From: Pseudobacteriovorax sp.
GTDB lineage: Bacteria > Bdellovibrionota_B > Oligoflexia > Oligoflexales > Oligoflexaceae
Length of the DNA stretch: 12,937 nucleotides
Assembly (NCBI GenBank): GCA_050293845.1
Contig: JBNKNM010000161.1
Coordinates: 1 to 12,937, forward strand
Direction: 5' to 3'
The notes beneath the pieces were generated by a model, which worked only from the letters and a program-made list of their open reading frames with translations, was not told the origin of the DNA and searched no databases. Shown piece after piece: positions 1 to 9,239 of this stretch. The position numbers and the translations under genes were made by a program. Within the stretch, counting starts at the first letter, position 1, and each line of letters begins with the position of its first letter.

Positions 1-159
1 TTTCATCGCTATCTTCTCCCATGACAACTACCACCTCATGACATGTCGTTATAGATGAAATTTCAATTTTTAGCCACGGGGTTAGTTGCAAGGAAATCTT
101 GTAGCCATTGGTGGTAAAGGAATACAGGTGATTTAAGGGGATTTTTCTGAGGATTTAGG
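1..159 (-). mobile_element. Probable left end of an IS1380-like element whose transposase starts at the window edge (ATG at 6, Met-Lys) and runs out of the window
   Basis: The minus strand from 159 reads CCTAAATCCTCAGAAAAATCCCCTTAAA, which resembles 9213-9239 and, with a gap, 4433-4451. A GGAG-preceded ATG-AAA lies 153 nt downstream. In the IS1380 copy the distance from end (4451) to ATG (4297, also Met-Lys) is 154 nt. Confidence 0.4.
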
Positions 160-275
160 CTTAATTCTACCGCAATGTCCTCTAGGATACTCATTATCAA
201 GCTCAATGCACCACCTGTAGTTATTTTCTGCATTTTTAATTCTATCTTTTTTCGCTTACAATTTGTTTGGTTCGA

Positions 276-1283
276 CTAGTTAAAAATATCGCGACCATAT
301 AAGCCGACAATCTCTTCGTTAATATCTAGCACAACAAGCGCGCGACATGGGTATTCCTGCAAGAAATTCTTAGCATCTATTACTGGAGCACATTCACTGA
401 TGGTTCTTGGGTTTCTAGTCATAACATCGGCAGCAGTTGTTGACTTAATAGAATCAATAGAGCTAAAAGCTACTCGTAAATCCGTGTCAGTGATTACACC
501 CTTTAGCCTTCTTTCTTCATGGACAATCGCAATGCCAATAGCAGAACCGGTCATTTTAAAAACAACGTCTTCAAGGGACTGCGTTGGTGTGACTAATGGC
601 AGATTTTCTGAAAGCATAACATCTTTTACTTGAGTCAATAACCGCCTGCCAAGACTTCCCCCAGGATGAAATCGGGCAAATTGCTCTGGAGCAAAATCTC
701 GCTTTTTCATTAAGGCTACAGCTAAAGCGTCTCCTAAAACCATCGCTGCCGTTGTCGACGAGGTTGGTGCTAAGTTCAAAGGACAGATTTCCTGATCTAC
801 GCGTGCCTCAAGGCAATAATCGACCTGACGGCCAATTGTTGAGTTGGCATCACCAACAATAGCGATGGTCTTATTACCAAATGACTTAATGGGTCGCAGC
901 AAGTTTTTAACTTCCGAGGTTTCTCCACTGTTAGATAGTAAGAGCACGATATCTTGAGGCTGGATCATACCCAAATCACCATGATACGCTTCTCCAGGGT
1001 GGATGAAGAAGCTGGAAGTACCTGTAGATGCCAGGGTAGCTGCTATTTTCTTTCCCACGATCCCTGATTTTCCCATACCAATGACGATAACACGCCCACT
1101 GCATTGTATAATTGCTTCCACGGAATCAGCGAAAATATGATCTATAGAGCTGGCTAGTTTCAGTAGTTGCATGGCAACATCACGGAGAGAGGTCTTAGCA
1201 ACCTCAACAGGATCGACAGAAACTTTACTTTCAAAATCATGCTTTGCCGAAGGCAGTTTCATGGGTTTTTCTAGAGAAATCAT
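276..1283 (-). CDS. kpsF: KpsF/GutQ-family arabinose-5-phosphate isomerase (SIS domain plus two CBS domains)
   Basis: SIS motifs GMGKSG, ATLASTGT, HPGEAYHGDLG, SNSGET, APTSSTTA and FHPGGSLG, followed by a CBS pair (GVITDTDLR, DVMTRNP). The adjacent kpsM/kpsT remnants favour kpsF over kdsD or gutQ. The true start may be the second Met (MKLPS). Confidence 0.93.
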   Translation of the reverse strand: MISLEKPMKLPSAKHDFESKVSVDPVEVAKTSLRDVAMQLLKLASSIDHIFADSVEAIIQCSGRVIVIGMGKSGIVGKKIAATLASTGTSSFFIHPGEAYHGDLGMIQPQDIVLLLSNSGETSEVKNLLRPIKSFGNKTIAIVGDANSTIGRQVDYCLEARVDQEICPLNLAPTSSTTAAMVLGDALAVALMKKRDFAPEQFARFHPGGSLGRRLLTQVKDVMLSENLPLVTPTQSLEDVVFKMTGSAIGIAIVHEERRLKGVITDTDLRVAFSSIDSIKSTTAADVMTRNPRTISECAPVIDAKNFLQEYPCRALVVLDINEEIVGLYGRDIFN

Positions 1284-1850
1284 TTATTAGCCTACATTTT
1301 TGCATTTGTTCAATGACTATTGGAAAAGCCTCGCTGAGCTTTTCGCAGAGTTATCCTTCCGCTATGAGACTGATTTACTCCTAATTTATTGCAATTCTTG
1401 TCGCCAAGTAATTTGCGAAGAGCTCGCAAATGTTGAAAAAGCAAATAGTTACCAGTAAGAATCAGACGTGATGGGGAGGACACGTTCTCCCCACTACTAC
1501 GTCTAATGGAGCTATCTATAGCACAAAATTTTTTTTCCACATAGCATATTTCTAGCTTTATGAATTATATTTCTAAAACTCAAGTTACAGGTTGTAATGC
1601 CCTTCTAATGATTGACCTTTCTAATTGCCCACCATGGGCAAGTTGAAATCAAAAAGCCAGGGAATATTGCAGCTTTTGACTTGAAAGTTGACCAGGATGA
1701 TCAAATGCTGTTGCAAAATTTTTTCAGCCTGCACTTTCAGATAAAAGCAATATTAAAGGTCTACAGGTTACCTATTAAGACTGGACTCTTTGCCACAGTT
1801 GGGGTAGACCACCTAATGGTGTGGCGCAGTACCCTCAAGCTAAGGTCAAG

Positions 1851-2638
1851 ATGTAAAAGCGATTTCTATCCAAGCTCAAACGCCTCTACAAAATAGCTAT
1901 AACGTTATTTTAGCTCTCTTTCTCCGCGAGCTAAAAACTTGTTTTGACACGCAACGTCTAGGAATTTTATGGTCTTTTCTGAGCCTGCAGCCTATATTCT
2001 AACGTTTACTGCGATCTGGCAGTTGAGCGGTAGCGGCGATATCCATGGTATATCTACTTCTCTTTATACTCTCGGAAATACAACCTTATAATCTTTTACG
2101 TCTCTGATTAACCGTTACATGACTGTAGTCCAAGTAAGTATAGGGCTGTTTAGCTTTAGCCAGGTTAAACCTATTTATGTCCTCATGACCCTGGGGTTCT
2201 GGAGCTTATCATTTTTTATAGTCTATATAATACTTATACTTATGGGCCTATGGTTTGGCATCGGTGTTGTTCCTACCGATACTTCTTAATCATATTAGCC
2301 TATCCTTTATTGACTATTTTAGGTGCTGGAAACGGCCTTATTGCTTCTTCTTTAGTAAGATTTTTTCCGGAAACAGAGAAGCTAATTCCTCCAATAATGC
2401 GTCCTGTTTATTTTTTCTAAGGTGTATTGTACTCCTCAAAGTTACTTCCTACTGCAGCCATAGAGATATTGGCTGGAACCCAATCTCTTGTGGCATTGAT
2501 ATAGCTAGATAAGGTTATTTTGGGGTAATGACGTCGCCCCAGATATCGTTTCTATTTCTAGCTTCTTCAGCTTTCTCCGCGATGCTTGTCTGTCTCAATC
2601 TTTACCACAAGCATTGGACAAAAATGGTGGGAACATGA
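1851..2638 (+). pseudogene. kpsM: Capsular polysaccharide ABC-transporter permease pseudogene (KpsM-like)
   Basis: Reading across frameshifts gives NVILALFLRELKTCFDTQRLGILWSF/EPAAYILTF...GLFSFSQVKPIYV...FPETEKLIPPIMRPVYFF*GV...WNPISCGIDIAR*...LNLYHKHWTKMVGT*, colinear with KpsM. In-frame stops lie at 2418-2420 and 2510-2512, with several frameshifts. Its TGA (2636-2638) overlaps the kpsT ATG. The start position is approximate. Confidence 0.88.
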
Positions 2639-2990
2639 TCAAGTTTGAGAATGTCTTCAAGTTTTATCGTACCCTAAATGGATTAAGATATGGCTTGCGG
2701 GACGTTACATTTGAGATTTCAACCAACACCAATATTGGAAACCTTGGGAAGAATGGGGCTGGCAAGAGCACTTTTGCTGCGCTTTATCGATAAAATTGAT
2801 TTCCCAAGTCGGGGAACCATTCAGACTAAAAAGAACTTATCCTGGCCGGTCGGTTTAGGTAATGTTTATTAGGTGTCCAAGACCGCAAGGGAAAATACGA
2901 GGTTTGTTGGACGTATCCATGGTGTTTAAGGTTTGCGTCATTTAGAAAATATTTCTCTATTTCTTTGAACGGAGCGTTTACACATACGAA
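2635..2990 (+). pseudogene. kpsT: Capsular polysaccharide ABC-transporter ATPase pseudogene (KpsT-like), 3'-truncated
   Basis: MIKFENVFKFYRT..., Walker A GKNGAGKST at 2746-2772, a frameshift in the T-run near 2772-2775, then LLRFIDKIDFPSRGTIQTKKNLSWPVGLG..*..TARENTRFVGRIHG*. Stops at 2870-2872 and 2927-2929. No ABC signature or Walker B is visible. The end is approximate. Confidence 0.9.
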
Positions 2991-3189
2991 GCTATATCGC
3001 AAATCCGAAAAATTGGAGAACAATCTTTTACGTTAAATCGAATTACGGTTCATTTTGGCTGTTAACCCGATTTGCAGGAAGGCATCAGTGCTTTTTTTTC
3101 ATGGCAATCTCTCATTCTTTTGCTTTTTTCCTAAAAAACCAGAAGCAAATGACTGGCAGTGACACTTGGCTGGGCATATCAGGCTTCCC

Positions 3190-3215
3190 AGCGCATAGCG
3201 CGGCCACTATGCGCT
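3190..3215. terminator. GC-rich hairpin downstream of the IS1380 transposase
   Basis: Perfect 9-bp stem AGCGCATAG/CTATGCGCT with an 8-nt loop. There is only a short T tract on the plus strand, so terminator function is uncertain. Confidence 0.35.
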
Positions 3216-3299
3216 TTCTGAGGATGTATAGATCAGTTGTTTTTATACAATTATCAAATAGCCGGCACGTAGCTAGACGTAACAGTCTAAAAAACCAAC

Positions 3300-4297
3300 T
3301 TATATGTTTTTGATTCTTTCAACCCATGCTTCGATCCTTTCAAAGTGTCGAGTTTTCATCCTAAGTTTCCTGTCCCTACCAGTACGTGCCACCAAGCAAG
3401 GAATGGAAAGTAAGTAGCGTCTAATATGTTTTGATAATCTTGGTTTGCCATTTGTGAAATGATCGACTTACAACAACCCTAAAAATCTCATCAAATTATA
3501 GGCAACGGCGGCGATAGCAGCATAAGTTTTATTTGCAGTTAGGCTAATGCAAGGATAGTGTTGTAAGTCGAATCCATAGTTCATTTCTTTGATGTATTTT
3601 TCCGCTAGACCGCGCTCTCGATAAAAAAATATCAGATCGCGATCAGGCAGCCTTAGCTCATCTAACGACGTGCAAAAGGCAAAGTAATCATATTCAACAT
3701 AATCTTCAAACATCGTTCCATGCGAAGGTTTTGGGCTCTCATCACAACATAACGAAGCCGTCTTTGCAAATCTGTCATTCGATAGTTGGTACTACCTATC
3801 TCACATTCTCTGTCATCACAAAATCTAATTCTATTTTCATCTTTAAGATCTTCAGCCTGTCATTTGTGGATCTGACTTACTACCTTAGGAAGACCGGGAT
3901 TATTAGGTACACGCACCACGACATCAGCAGATACTGCCAGTATACTGTTGATAAATTGCGCACCGTAATATCCGCTATCGGCTCTTACCCAAAATTTTCT
4001 ATCTTGGTATAAACCATTCTGTTTGATCTGCCTTATGTAGGCGCGCTCCACTAACTGCAAGTAAGCCGTATCCTCGCTACAATCTTCCATATCATCAAGG
4101 CACTGGCAGCCATTTATTAGCCCACATACCATAGCCTTCAATTTTAACAAGGCGTCTTCTTCTCCCTTATATTTAAGGGTTGGTAACGCTTTCCCGTAAA
4201 GATTAGCAAAGCTTGTCTGTTTGAGGATCTCATCGATAATGGGGGCGCCACCGAATGCGGAAAGATCTTGGCTCGTTGTTTCTATCTTGAACTTCAT
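3300..4297 (-). pseudogene. IS1380-family DDE transposase pseudogene
   Basis: Motifs LSAFGG, GCQCLDDME, VRADSGYY, YRERGLAEKYIKEMNYGFDL..P...TAN...AAVAYNL, and the C-terminal IRRYLLSIPCLVARTGR after an internal stop at 3468-3470. It is split over ORFs 3860-4297 and 3468-3713 by frameshifts. At about 330 codons it appears to have an internal deletion near 4040. GGAG RBS upstream of the ATG at 4297. Confidence 0.88.
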
Positions 4298-4469
4298 TAT
4301 GGCAACTCTCCTGGTAAAAATCTTTACTGAGAAGGTTTAGCAAAGTTGGCTCATTTATTCATTTGATAATTGCACGGTACCTGTGGATATGTCTTGCTAA
4401 ACAGGTGCATACCTGAAATAACGGAAAGTGGCTAGGGGGCAGTGATTGGGGAGTTTTGTTGTGGGAATT

Positions 4470-4848
4470 TTTCAGATTACCGTTAAAGTTTTACCATCAA
4501 CTGCTATAGCATCGGATTTTTCTTCTATTAGTGACTCCTCTGCTAGTGACCTTTTATAGCAGAGATCCTTAAAGAAATAGATTTCTAATTTACCTAAACA
4601 TCTACGAATTGTGGTCTCATGAGGCTTTCTTCTATATTTATTGCCCATGAGTTCTAATTTAGAATAGGATTGCGCATTTATCCATTCATCTATTTGCTTA
4701 AATCCGGATGCACCACAATTAATTGCTGACCGATCACAATTTTAAATAAAGGGTAAGGGATAAATAAGTCCTTGTTTACTTTTTGGATCATCTACAGCTT
4801 AAAAAGATCAGATAATTTAAGTTCAGAAACATCTTCCATGACATACAT
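4470..4848 (-). pseudogene. ISAs1-family transposase, frameshifted N-terminal remnant
   Basis: Not in the ORF track. GGGAG RBS and ATG at 4848. Across frameshifts it reads VDDPKSKQGLIYPL...CGASGFKQIDEW...KPHETTIRRCLGKLE...AIAVDGKTL, matching the ISAs1 DPR..G..YPL, CGA, P...T.RR and AIAVDGKTL motifs. Similarity ends just after DGKTL. Confidence 0.82.
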
Positions 4849-5181
4849 ACTAACTCCCAAATCTTGATGATTTGGTATATTTTATCATTCTTGATATTCC
4901 ACATGCTATATCGGATAATTATAGAAACCTTTCCGTTCCCTGGTGCTTTTGGGATAACTTATCATGTTGCCTATTAACCATAGGTTTGCTAGTTATCGGA
5001 AAAAGACGTTTTATTGTTTGGTGTGCAACAGCGCGCTACTAGCTGCCATCATCGGAGTGAATATAGAGAATCGCTCGCAATCCATAGGTCTCTCGGTTCA
5101 CAGCTTGGTCGAGGGCATGCTTCACTGCACTGGATTCTCCTTGCGGATCGCGTAAATCCTGAAGGGCGAGTTTCTTCAATC

Positions 5182-5187
5182 AAGGAG
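5182..5187 (+). promoter_or_regulatory. Shine-Dalgarno sequence for the GH92 gene
   Basis: AAGGAG 7 nt upstream of the GTG at 5195. Confidence 0.75.
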
Positions 5188-5194
5188 TTTTTCC

Positions 5195-8100
5195 GTGAAA
5201 CTTTCATGCTTGCTTTTTTGTTTGTTACTTACAACGTCTAGCGCAAATAAAGCTAATCCTAGCCATGGGTCTAGTGGCGGCAGTGACGGCGCCCACATAT
5301 CAGGCATAGCTGCTACCGATAATAACTACGCGCAGCAAGATGAAAGCTATGGCAGCGAGGGTAGCTACTTAGAAGAAGGTATCGACTTTCAAACCTCGTT
5401 CGAGGTGGGCGATCCGGCCCCCACCTGGCAGAACGAGGTAGAGCAGGACTCCCATGGCACCCCCCGGCTACATGCAGTCACACGGCCCGGTATCCCAGGG
5501 ACTGTTATGGACCAATTGCTGCAAACTACGGCCAGTGCAGGCAACCCAGGAGCGGGTGAAGATGCGGCGCAAGGAACCGACGGGAGTGCGAGCACCAAGT
5601 GGTTGACCTTTGCCAGCCACGGTTGGCTGCAAGTGCAACTTAATGCACCGGTGATCATCAAGAGCTACGCGTTGACGTCTGCTAACGACGCCCCTGGCCG
5701 CGATCCGAGGGCATGGACCTTACTCGGATCGTCCGATGGATTGAGCTGGAATGTGCTCGACGCACGCGATGGCGAATCGTTCAGCGCCCGCTTTGAGACG
5801 CACATGTTCGAAGTGGACAACGAGGCCGCATACACTTACTACCGGCTCGATATTACCCAAACACAGGGTGACGGGATTTTGCAGATTGCCGAATTTGTGC
5901 TTTCTAAAGGCAATTCGGCAGAGGTTCGTCCTATGCAGACCGCTGTAGGTGAAGGGCCGATCTCATCTTGGAATGCTCGACCCAATGCTGGTTTCACCGG
6001 ACTTCGTGCGCTTCGCTACGCGGGGTGCGTCAGCGACGGACACGGGTACAGTTACAATAAGGTATTTGAGGTAGACATCGCAGTTACCCCGATCAGTGAG
6101 CTCTCCTATCTGGTGTTTCCCGAGCAATCGCTTGCTGGCCTTGACTATGCCAGTACCTACGTGGGAGTTGACCTCGCTTTCGCCGACGGTAGCTACCTGA
6201 GCGAGCTCGAAGCAAAAGACCAGCACCACGCAACGATGAGCCCAGCCGGACAGGGATTATCTCATTCCCTGGTTGCCCACGAGTGGAACCGTAAAGTATC
6301 TCGGATTGGCAAGGTGGCAGCTGGCAAGCGCATCACGCGCATTCTGGTTGGATACGATCGTCCCGAGGGTTCATCGACCTCCTTCGGTGGATGGATCGAT
6401 GACCTCACCATCGAACGCCGAGCAGATATAGTTTTGTCTCATTTGTCGGACTATGTGCTTACTACCCGCGGCACCAACTCTAGTGGGACCTATTCACGGG
6501 GCAACAATATCCCGGCCACGGCTGTGCCCCATGGCTTTAATTTTTGGACACCGGTCACGGATGCCAGGTCCCAGAGCTGGCTCTACACCTACCATCGCCG
6601 CAATAACAGCGAAAACCTGCCCGAACTCCAGGCGTTCAGTATGAGCCACGAGCCGAGCCCTTGGATGGGCGACCGGCATAGTTTTCAGGTCATGCCGCAA
6701 TCGACCACCGAAATCCCCAATGCCGCAAGAGTAGCTCGTGCACTCGCATTTCGCCATGAAAACGAAATCGCCCGACCCTACTACTATGGAGTGACCTTTG
6801 AAAACGGGATCGAAGTGGAGATAGCCCCCACCGATCATGCGGCCATATTTCGCTTCACGTTCGCCGATGACAACGCCAACCTGGTATTCGACAACGTCAA
6901 CAATAACGGTGGTCTCACACTCGACGCCGGCAACGGTGTTATCCAAGGCTTCAGCGATGCGCGCAGTGGTTTGTCGGCGGGCGCGACACGCATCTTCATT
7001 TATGCGACCTTTGATAAGCCGGTGATTGGGAGCGATAAACTCAGGGGGGGTGGTGGCCGTAACGTCACAGGCTATTTCAGGTTTAAAGTGGATGCAGACG
7101 AGCCCGTAGTCACCATGCGTATCGCTAGCTCCCTAATCAGTATTGCTCAAGCTAAGAAAAACCTTGAGTTGGAGATTGATGGGCGGGACAGCTTCGAAGA
7201 TGTCCAATCAAGGGCTCGCGCGTTATGGGACGAGAAGCTAGGCATCATCCGGGTAGTAGGCGCGAATCAGGATGAGCTCACCACGCTCTATTCGAACCTG
7301 TATCGCCTCTTCCTATATCCCAACTCTGCCTTCGAAAATACCGGGACCAAAGAGCAGCCGGTGTACCAGTACGCTAGTCCTGTCACCCCAGGATCTGCCC
7401 CTACATCTACTCAAACGGGAGCTCCCCTTGTTGCTGGCAAGCTGTTCGTTAATAATGGCTTCTGGGATACGTACCGCGCGACGTGGCCGGCCCTCACGCT
7501 TTTAACACCAACGAAAGCTGGTGAGATGATAGATGGTTTCCTTCAACAGTACCGCGATGGCGGTTGGATCTCCCGGTGGTCGTCACCTGGATACGCCGAC
7601 CTGATGACAGGTACCAGCTCCGATGTGGCCTTCGCAGACGCCTATCTAAAAGGGGTGGACAACTTTGATGAGGAGGTTGCCTACGATGCCGCTCTGCGTA
7701 ATGCCACAGTCGTGCCTCCCAGCGGCGCTGTGGGGCGCAAGGGCCTCGCGACCTCAATCTTTCGCGGATACACGCCGGCAAACCATACTGGTGCAGCGTT
7801 CTCTTGGGCGATGGCGGGCTACCTCAACGACTTTGGTATCGCCAACATGTCTGCGGCACTGGCACAGGATGCAGGTCATTCCCGCCACCAAGAGTTTGCA
7901 GAGAATGCCGAGTATTTCATGAGCCGTGCACAGGACTACATGCGGCTTTTCGATCCAGCGATTGATTTTTTTCAGGGTCGCAACGCCAATGGGTTGTTTC
8001 GCTTGGCCCCAGGCGACTTTGATCCAACGCGGTGGGGTGACGACTTCACCGAAACCAATGCCTGGAATATGGCGTTCGACACTCCCCACGACGGTCTTGG

Positions 8101-9130
8101 GCTCGCCAACCTCTACGGTGGCCGCAATATGCTCGAGCAAAAACTTGATGAGTTTTTCGCCACTCCCGAAACCGCTAGCGAGGGGGGTGGTTATGGGGGG
8201 GTCATCCATGAAATGCGCGAAGCCCGGGACGTACGTATGGGACAGCTCGGACTTAGCAATCAACCCGCCTATCATATCCCGTATATGTACCTTCACGCGT
8301 CCGCGCCCAGCAAGGCCCAGGAAAAGATCCGCCATGCTCTCCAGCGGCTGTGGGTCGGCAGCGACATTGGTCAGGGGTATCTAGGCGATGAAGACAACGG
8401 AGCCTCTTCGGCCTGGTATCTGTTCAGCGCTCTGGGATTCTACCCACTTCAGGTTGGTAGTCCCTTCTACGTGATCGGCTCGCCGCTGTTCAAAAAAACC
8501 ACCGTCCATCTCGAGAACGGCAACACTATCCAGATCAACGCTCCCAACAACAGTCCAGAAAATATCTATGTACAGAGTCTCAAGGTAAACGGTCAACCCC
8601 ACACCCAGACTTATCTCTCGCACGACACCTTGGTCGCCGGGGCTACTCTCGACTTTGTGATGGGTCCAGCACCGTCCTCCTGGGGCACTGCGCCGAAGGA
8701 TGCTCCACCATCGGTAACAGCAGGAAGCGAACCGCCGGCCCCTCTTACCGACATTGCCAATGGCGGCAAGGTGAGCTCGACGGGCTTGGTACAAGCCGAA
8801 AAGCTGTTTGACGACACCTCCGGCTCGTGGGTTACTGCTTCAAATAACAGGCCATCAGTGCGTTATCAGCTCAACGAACCCCGAGCGGTGGTCTTTTACA
8901 CCATCACTTCTGGACCAGAAGGCCGTAGCCCTAGGGACTGGACTGTCTTGGGTTCAAATGATGGGAGCCAGTGGACCGTGCTCGATCAACGTACCCACGC
9001 CGACTTTCGCTGGTCGCTACAGACGCGAGCCTTTAAGGTTGCAGCTCTTGGCTCGTACTCTCACTACCGTTTCGACTTCACAGCCTCATCAGCGCCCAGT
9101 CTGGCCGAAATTGAATTGCTCTCCCGCTAG
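5195..9130 (+). CDS. Secreted GH92-family alpha-(1,2)-mannosidase with N- and C-terminal F5/8 type C (discoidin/CBM32-like) modules
   Basis: GH92 motifs PATAVPHGFNFWTP, HEPSPWMGD, LYSNLYRLFLYP, GFWDTYR, FTETNAWN (acid Glu), SNQP and GDEDNGASSAWY (base Asp), PLF..NN..NIYVQS. Two accessory modules carry YALTSAND..RDPRAWTLLGSSDG and P.DWTVLGSNDG. Short hydrophobic N-terminal signal-like segment. The frame is uninterrupted. Confidence 0.95.
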   Translation: MKLSCLLFCLLLTTSSANKANPSHGSSGGSDGAHISGIAATDNNYAQQDESYGSEGSYLEEGIDFQTSFEVGDPAPTWQNEVEQDSHGTPRLHAVTRPGIPGTVMDQLLQTTASAGNPGAGEDAAQGTDGSASTKWLTFASHGWLQVQLNAPVIIKSYALTSANDAPGRDPRAWTLLGSSDGLSWNVLDARDGESFSARFETHMFEVDNEAAYTYYRLDITQTQGDGILQIAEFVLSKGNSAEVRPMQTAVGEGPISSWNARPNAGFTGLRALRYAGCVSDGHGYSYNKVFEVDIAVTPISELSYLVFPEQSLAGLDYASTYVGVDLAFADGSYLSELEAKDQHHATMSPAGQGLSHSLVAHEWNRKVSRIGKVAAGKRITRILVGYDRPEGSSTSFGGWIDDLTIERRADIVLSHLSDYVLTTRGTNSSGTYSRGNNIPATAVPHGFNFWTPVTDARSQSWLYTYHRRNNSENLPELQAFSMSHEPSPWMGDRHSFQVMPQSTTEIPNAARVARALAFRHENEIARPYYYGVTFENGIEVEIAPTDHAAIFRFTFADDNANLVFDNVNNNGGLTLDAGNGVIQGFSDARSGLSAGATRIFIYATFDKPVIGSDKLRGGGGRNVTGYFRFKVDADEPVVTMRIASSLISIAQAKKNLELEIDGRDSFEDVQSRARALWDEKLGIIRVVGANQDELTTLYSNLYRLFLYPNSAFENTGTKEQPVYQYASPVTPGSAPTSTQTGAPLVAGKLFVNNGFWDTYRATWPALTLLTPTKAGEMIDGFLQQYRDGGWISRWSSPGYADLMTGTSSDVAFADAYLKGVDNFDEEVAYDAALRNATVVPPSGAVGRKGLATSIFRGYTPANHTGAAFSWAMAGYLNDFGIANMSAALAQDAGHSRHQEFAENAEYFMSRAQDYMRLFDPAIDFFQGRNANGLFRLAPGDFDPTRWGDDFTETNAWNMAFDTPHDGLGLANLYGGRNMLEQKLDEFFATPETASEGGGYGGVIHEMREARDVRMGQLGLSNQPAYHIPYMYLHASAPSKAQEKIRHALQRLWVGSDIGQGYLGDEDNGASSAWYLFSALGFYPLQVGSPFYVIGSPLFKKTTVHLENGNTIQINAPNNSPENIYVQSLKVNGQPHTQTYLSHDTLVAGATLDFVMGPAPSSWGTAPKDAPPSVTAGSEPPAPLTDIANGGKVSSTGLVQAEKLFDDTSGSWVTASNNRPSVRYQLNEPRAVVFYTITSGPEGRSPRDWTVLGSNDGSQWTVLDQRTHADFRWSLQTRAFKVAALGSYSHYRFDFTASSAPSLAEIELLSR

Positions 9131-9212
9131 AGTTGCTGTGAAAAAAACATATTTTTCTAGGAAACTACTTTTTTGGTAGAGTTGCGCTTGTTGAAATTTG
9201 GTTGGGGATAGG

Positions 9213-9239
9213 TTTAGGGGGTCGTTCTGAGGATTTGGG
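9213..9239 (-). repeat. Solo IS-end-like sequence related to 132-159
   Basis: TTTAGGGGGTCGTTCTGAGGATTTGGG versus TTTAAGGGGATTTTTCTGAGGATTTAGG at 132-159: 12 consecutive identical bases (TTCTGAGGATTT) plus similar flanks. Confidence 0.5.

Larger units (their letters stand above)
2998..4451 (-). mobile_element. Degenerate IS1380-family insertion sequence (ends tentative)
   Basis: Contains the transposase pseudogene below. Candidate right end CGCAAATCCGAAAAA at 2998-3012 (11/15 match to CCCAAATCCTCAGAA). Candidate left end near 4451. No target-site duplication recognised. Confidence 0.5.

Noticed and set aside
135..256. Minus-strand peptide AENNYRWCIELDNEYPRGHCG resembling one TPR repeat
   Set aside because: Too short, flanked by stops and without a start codon.
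1796..1834. JUMPstart/ops-like sequence upstream of kpsM (CAGTTGGGGTAG...GGCGCAGTAC), plus GCGGTAG near 2027
   Set aside because: Neither matches the GGCGGTAG core. The second lies inside the kpsM coding remnant.
1310..1896. ORFs 1310-1540 (-) and 1612-1896 (+) between kpsF and kpsM
   Set aside because: No recognisable motif or convincing RBS. This may be decayed coding DNA, but I cannot assign it.
2255..3023. ORF-track entries 2255-2512, 2690-2872 and 2826-3023 as independent genes
   Set aside because: The first two contain out-of-frame pieces of kpsM (WNPI) and kpsT (SWPVGL). The third is antisense to the kpsT remnant.
4512..4520. TCGGATTT as the IS1380 left inverted repeat
   Set aside because: Only an 8-bp match, and it lies within the ISAs1 coding remnant.
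4964..5241. Short ORFs or a riboswitch in the GH92 leader
   Set aside because: No protein motif or riboswitch consensus recognised. An Rfam scan would be needed.
5389..9179. Many 60-190 aa alternative-frame and antisense ORFs overlapping the GH92 gene
   Set aside because: Expected shadow ORFs in GC-rich coding DNA, with no recognisable motifs.
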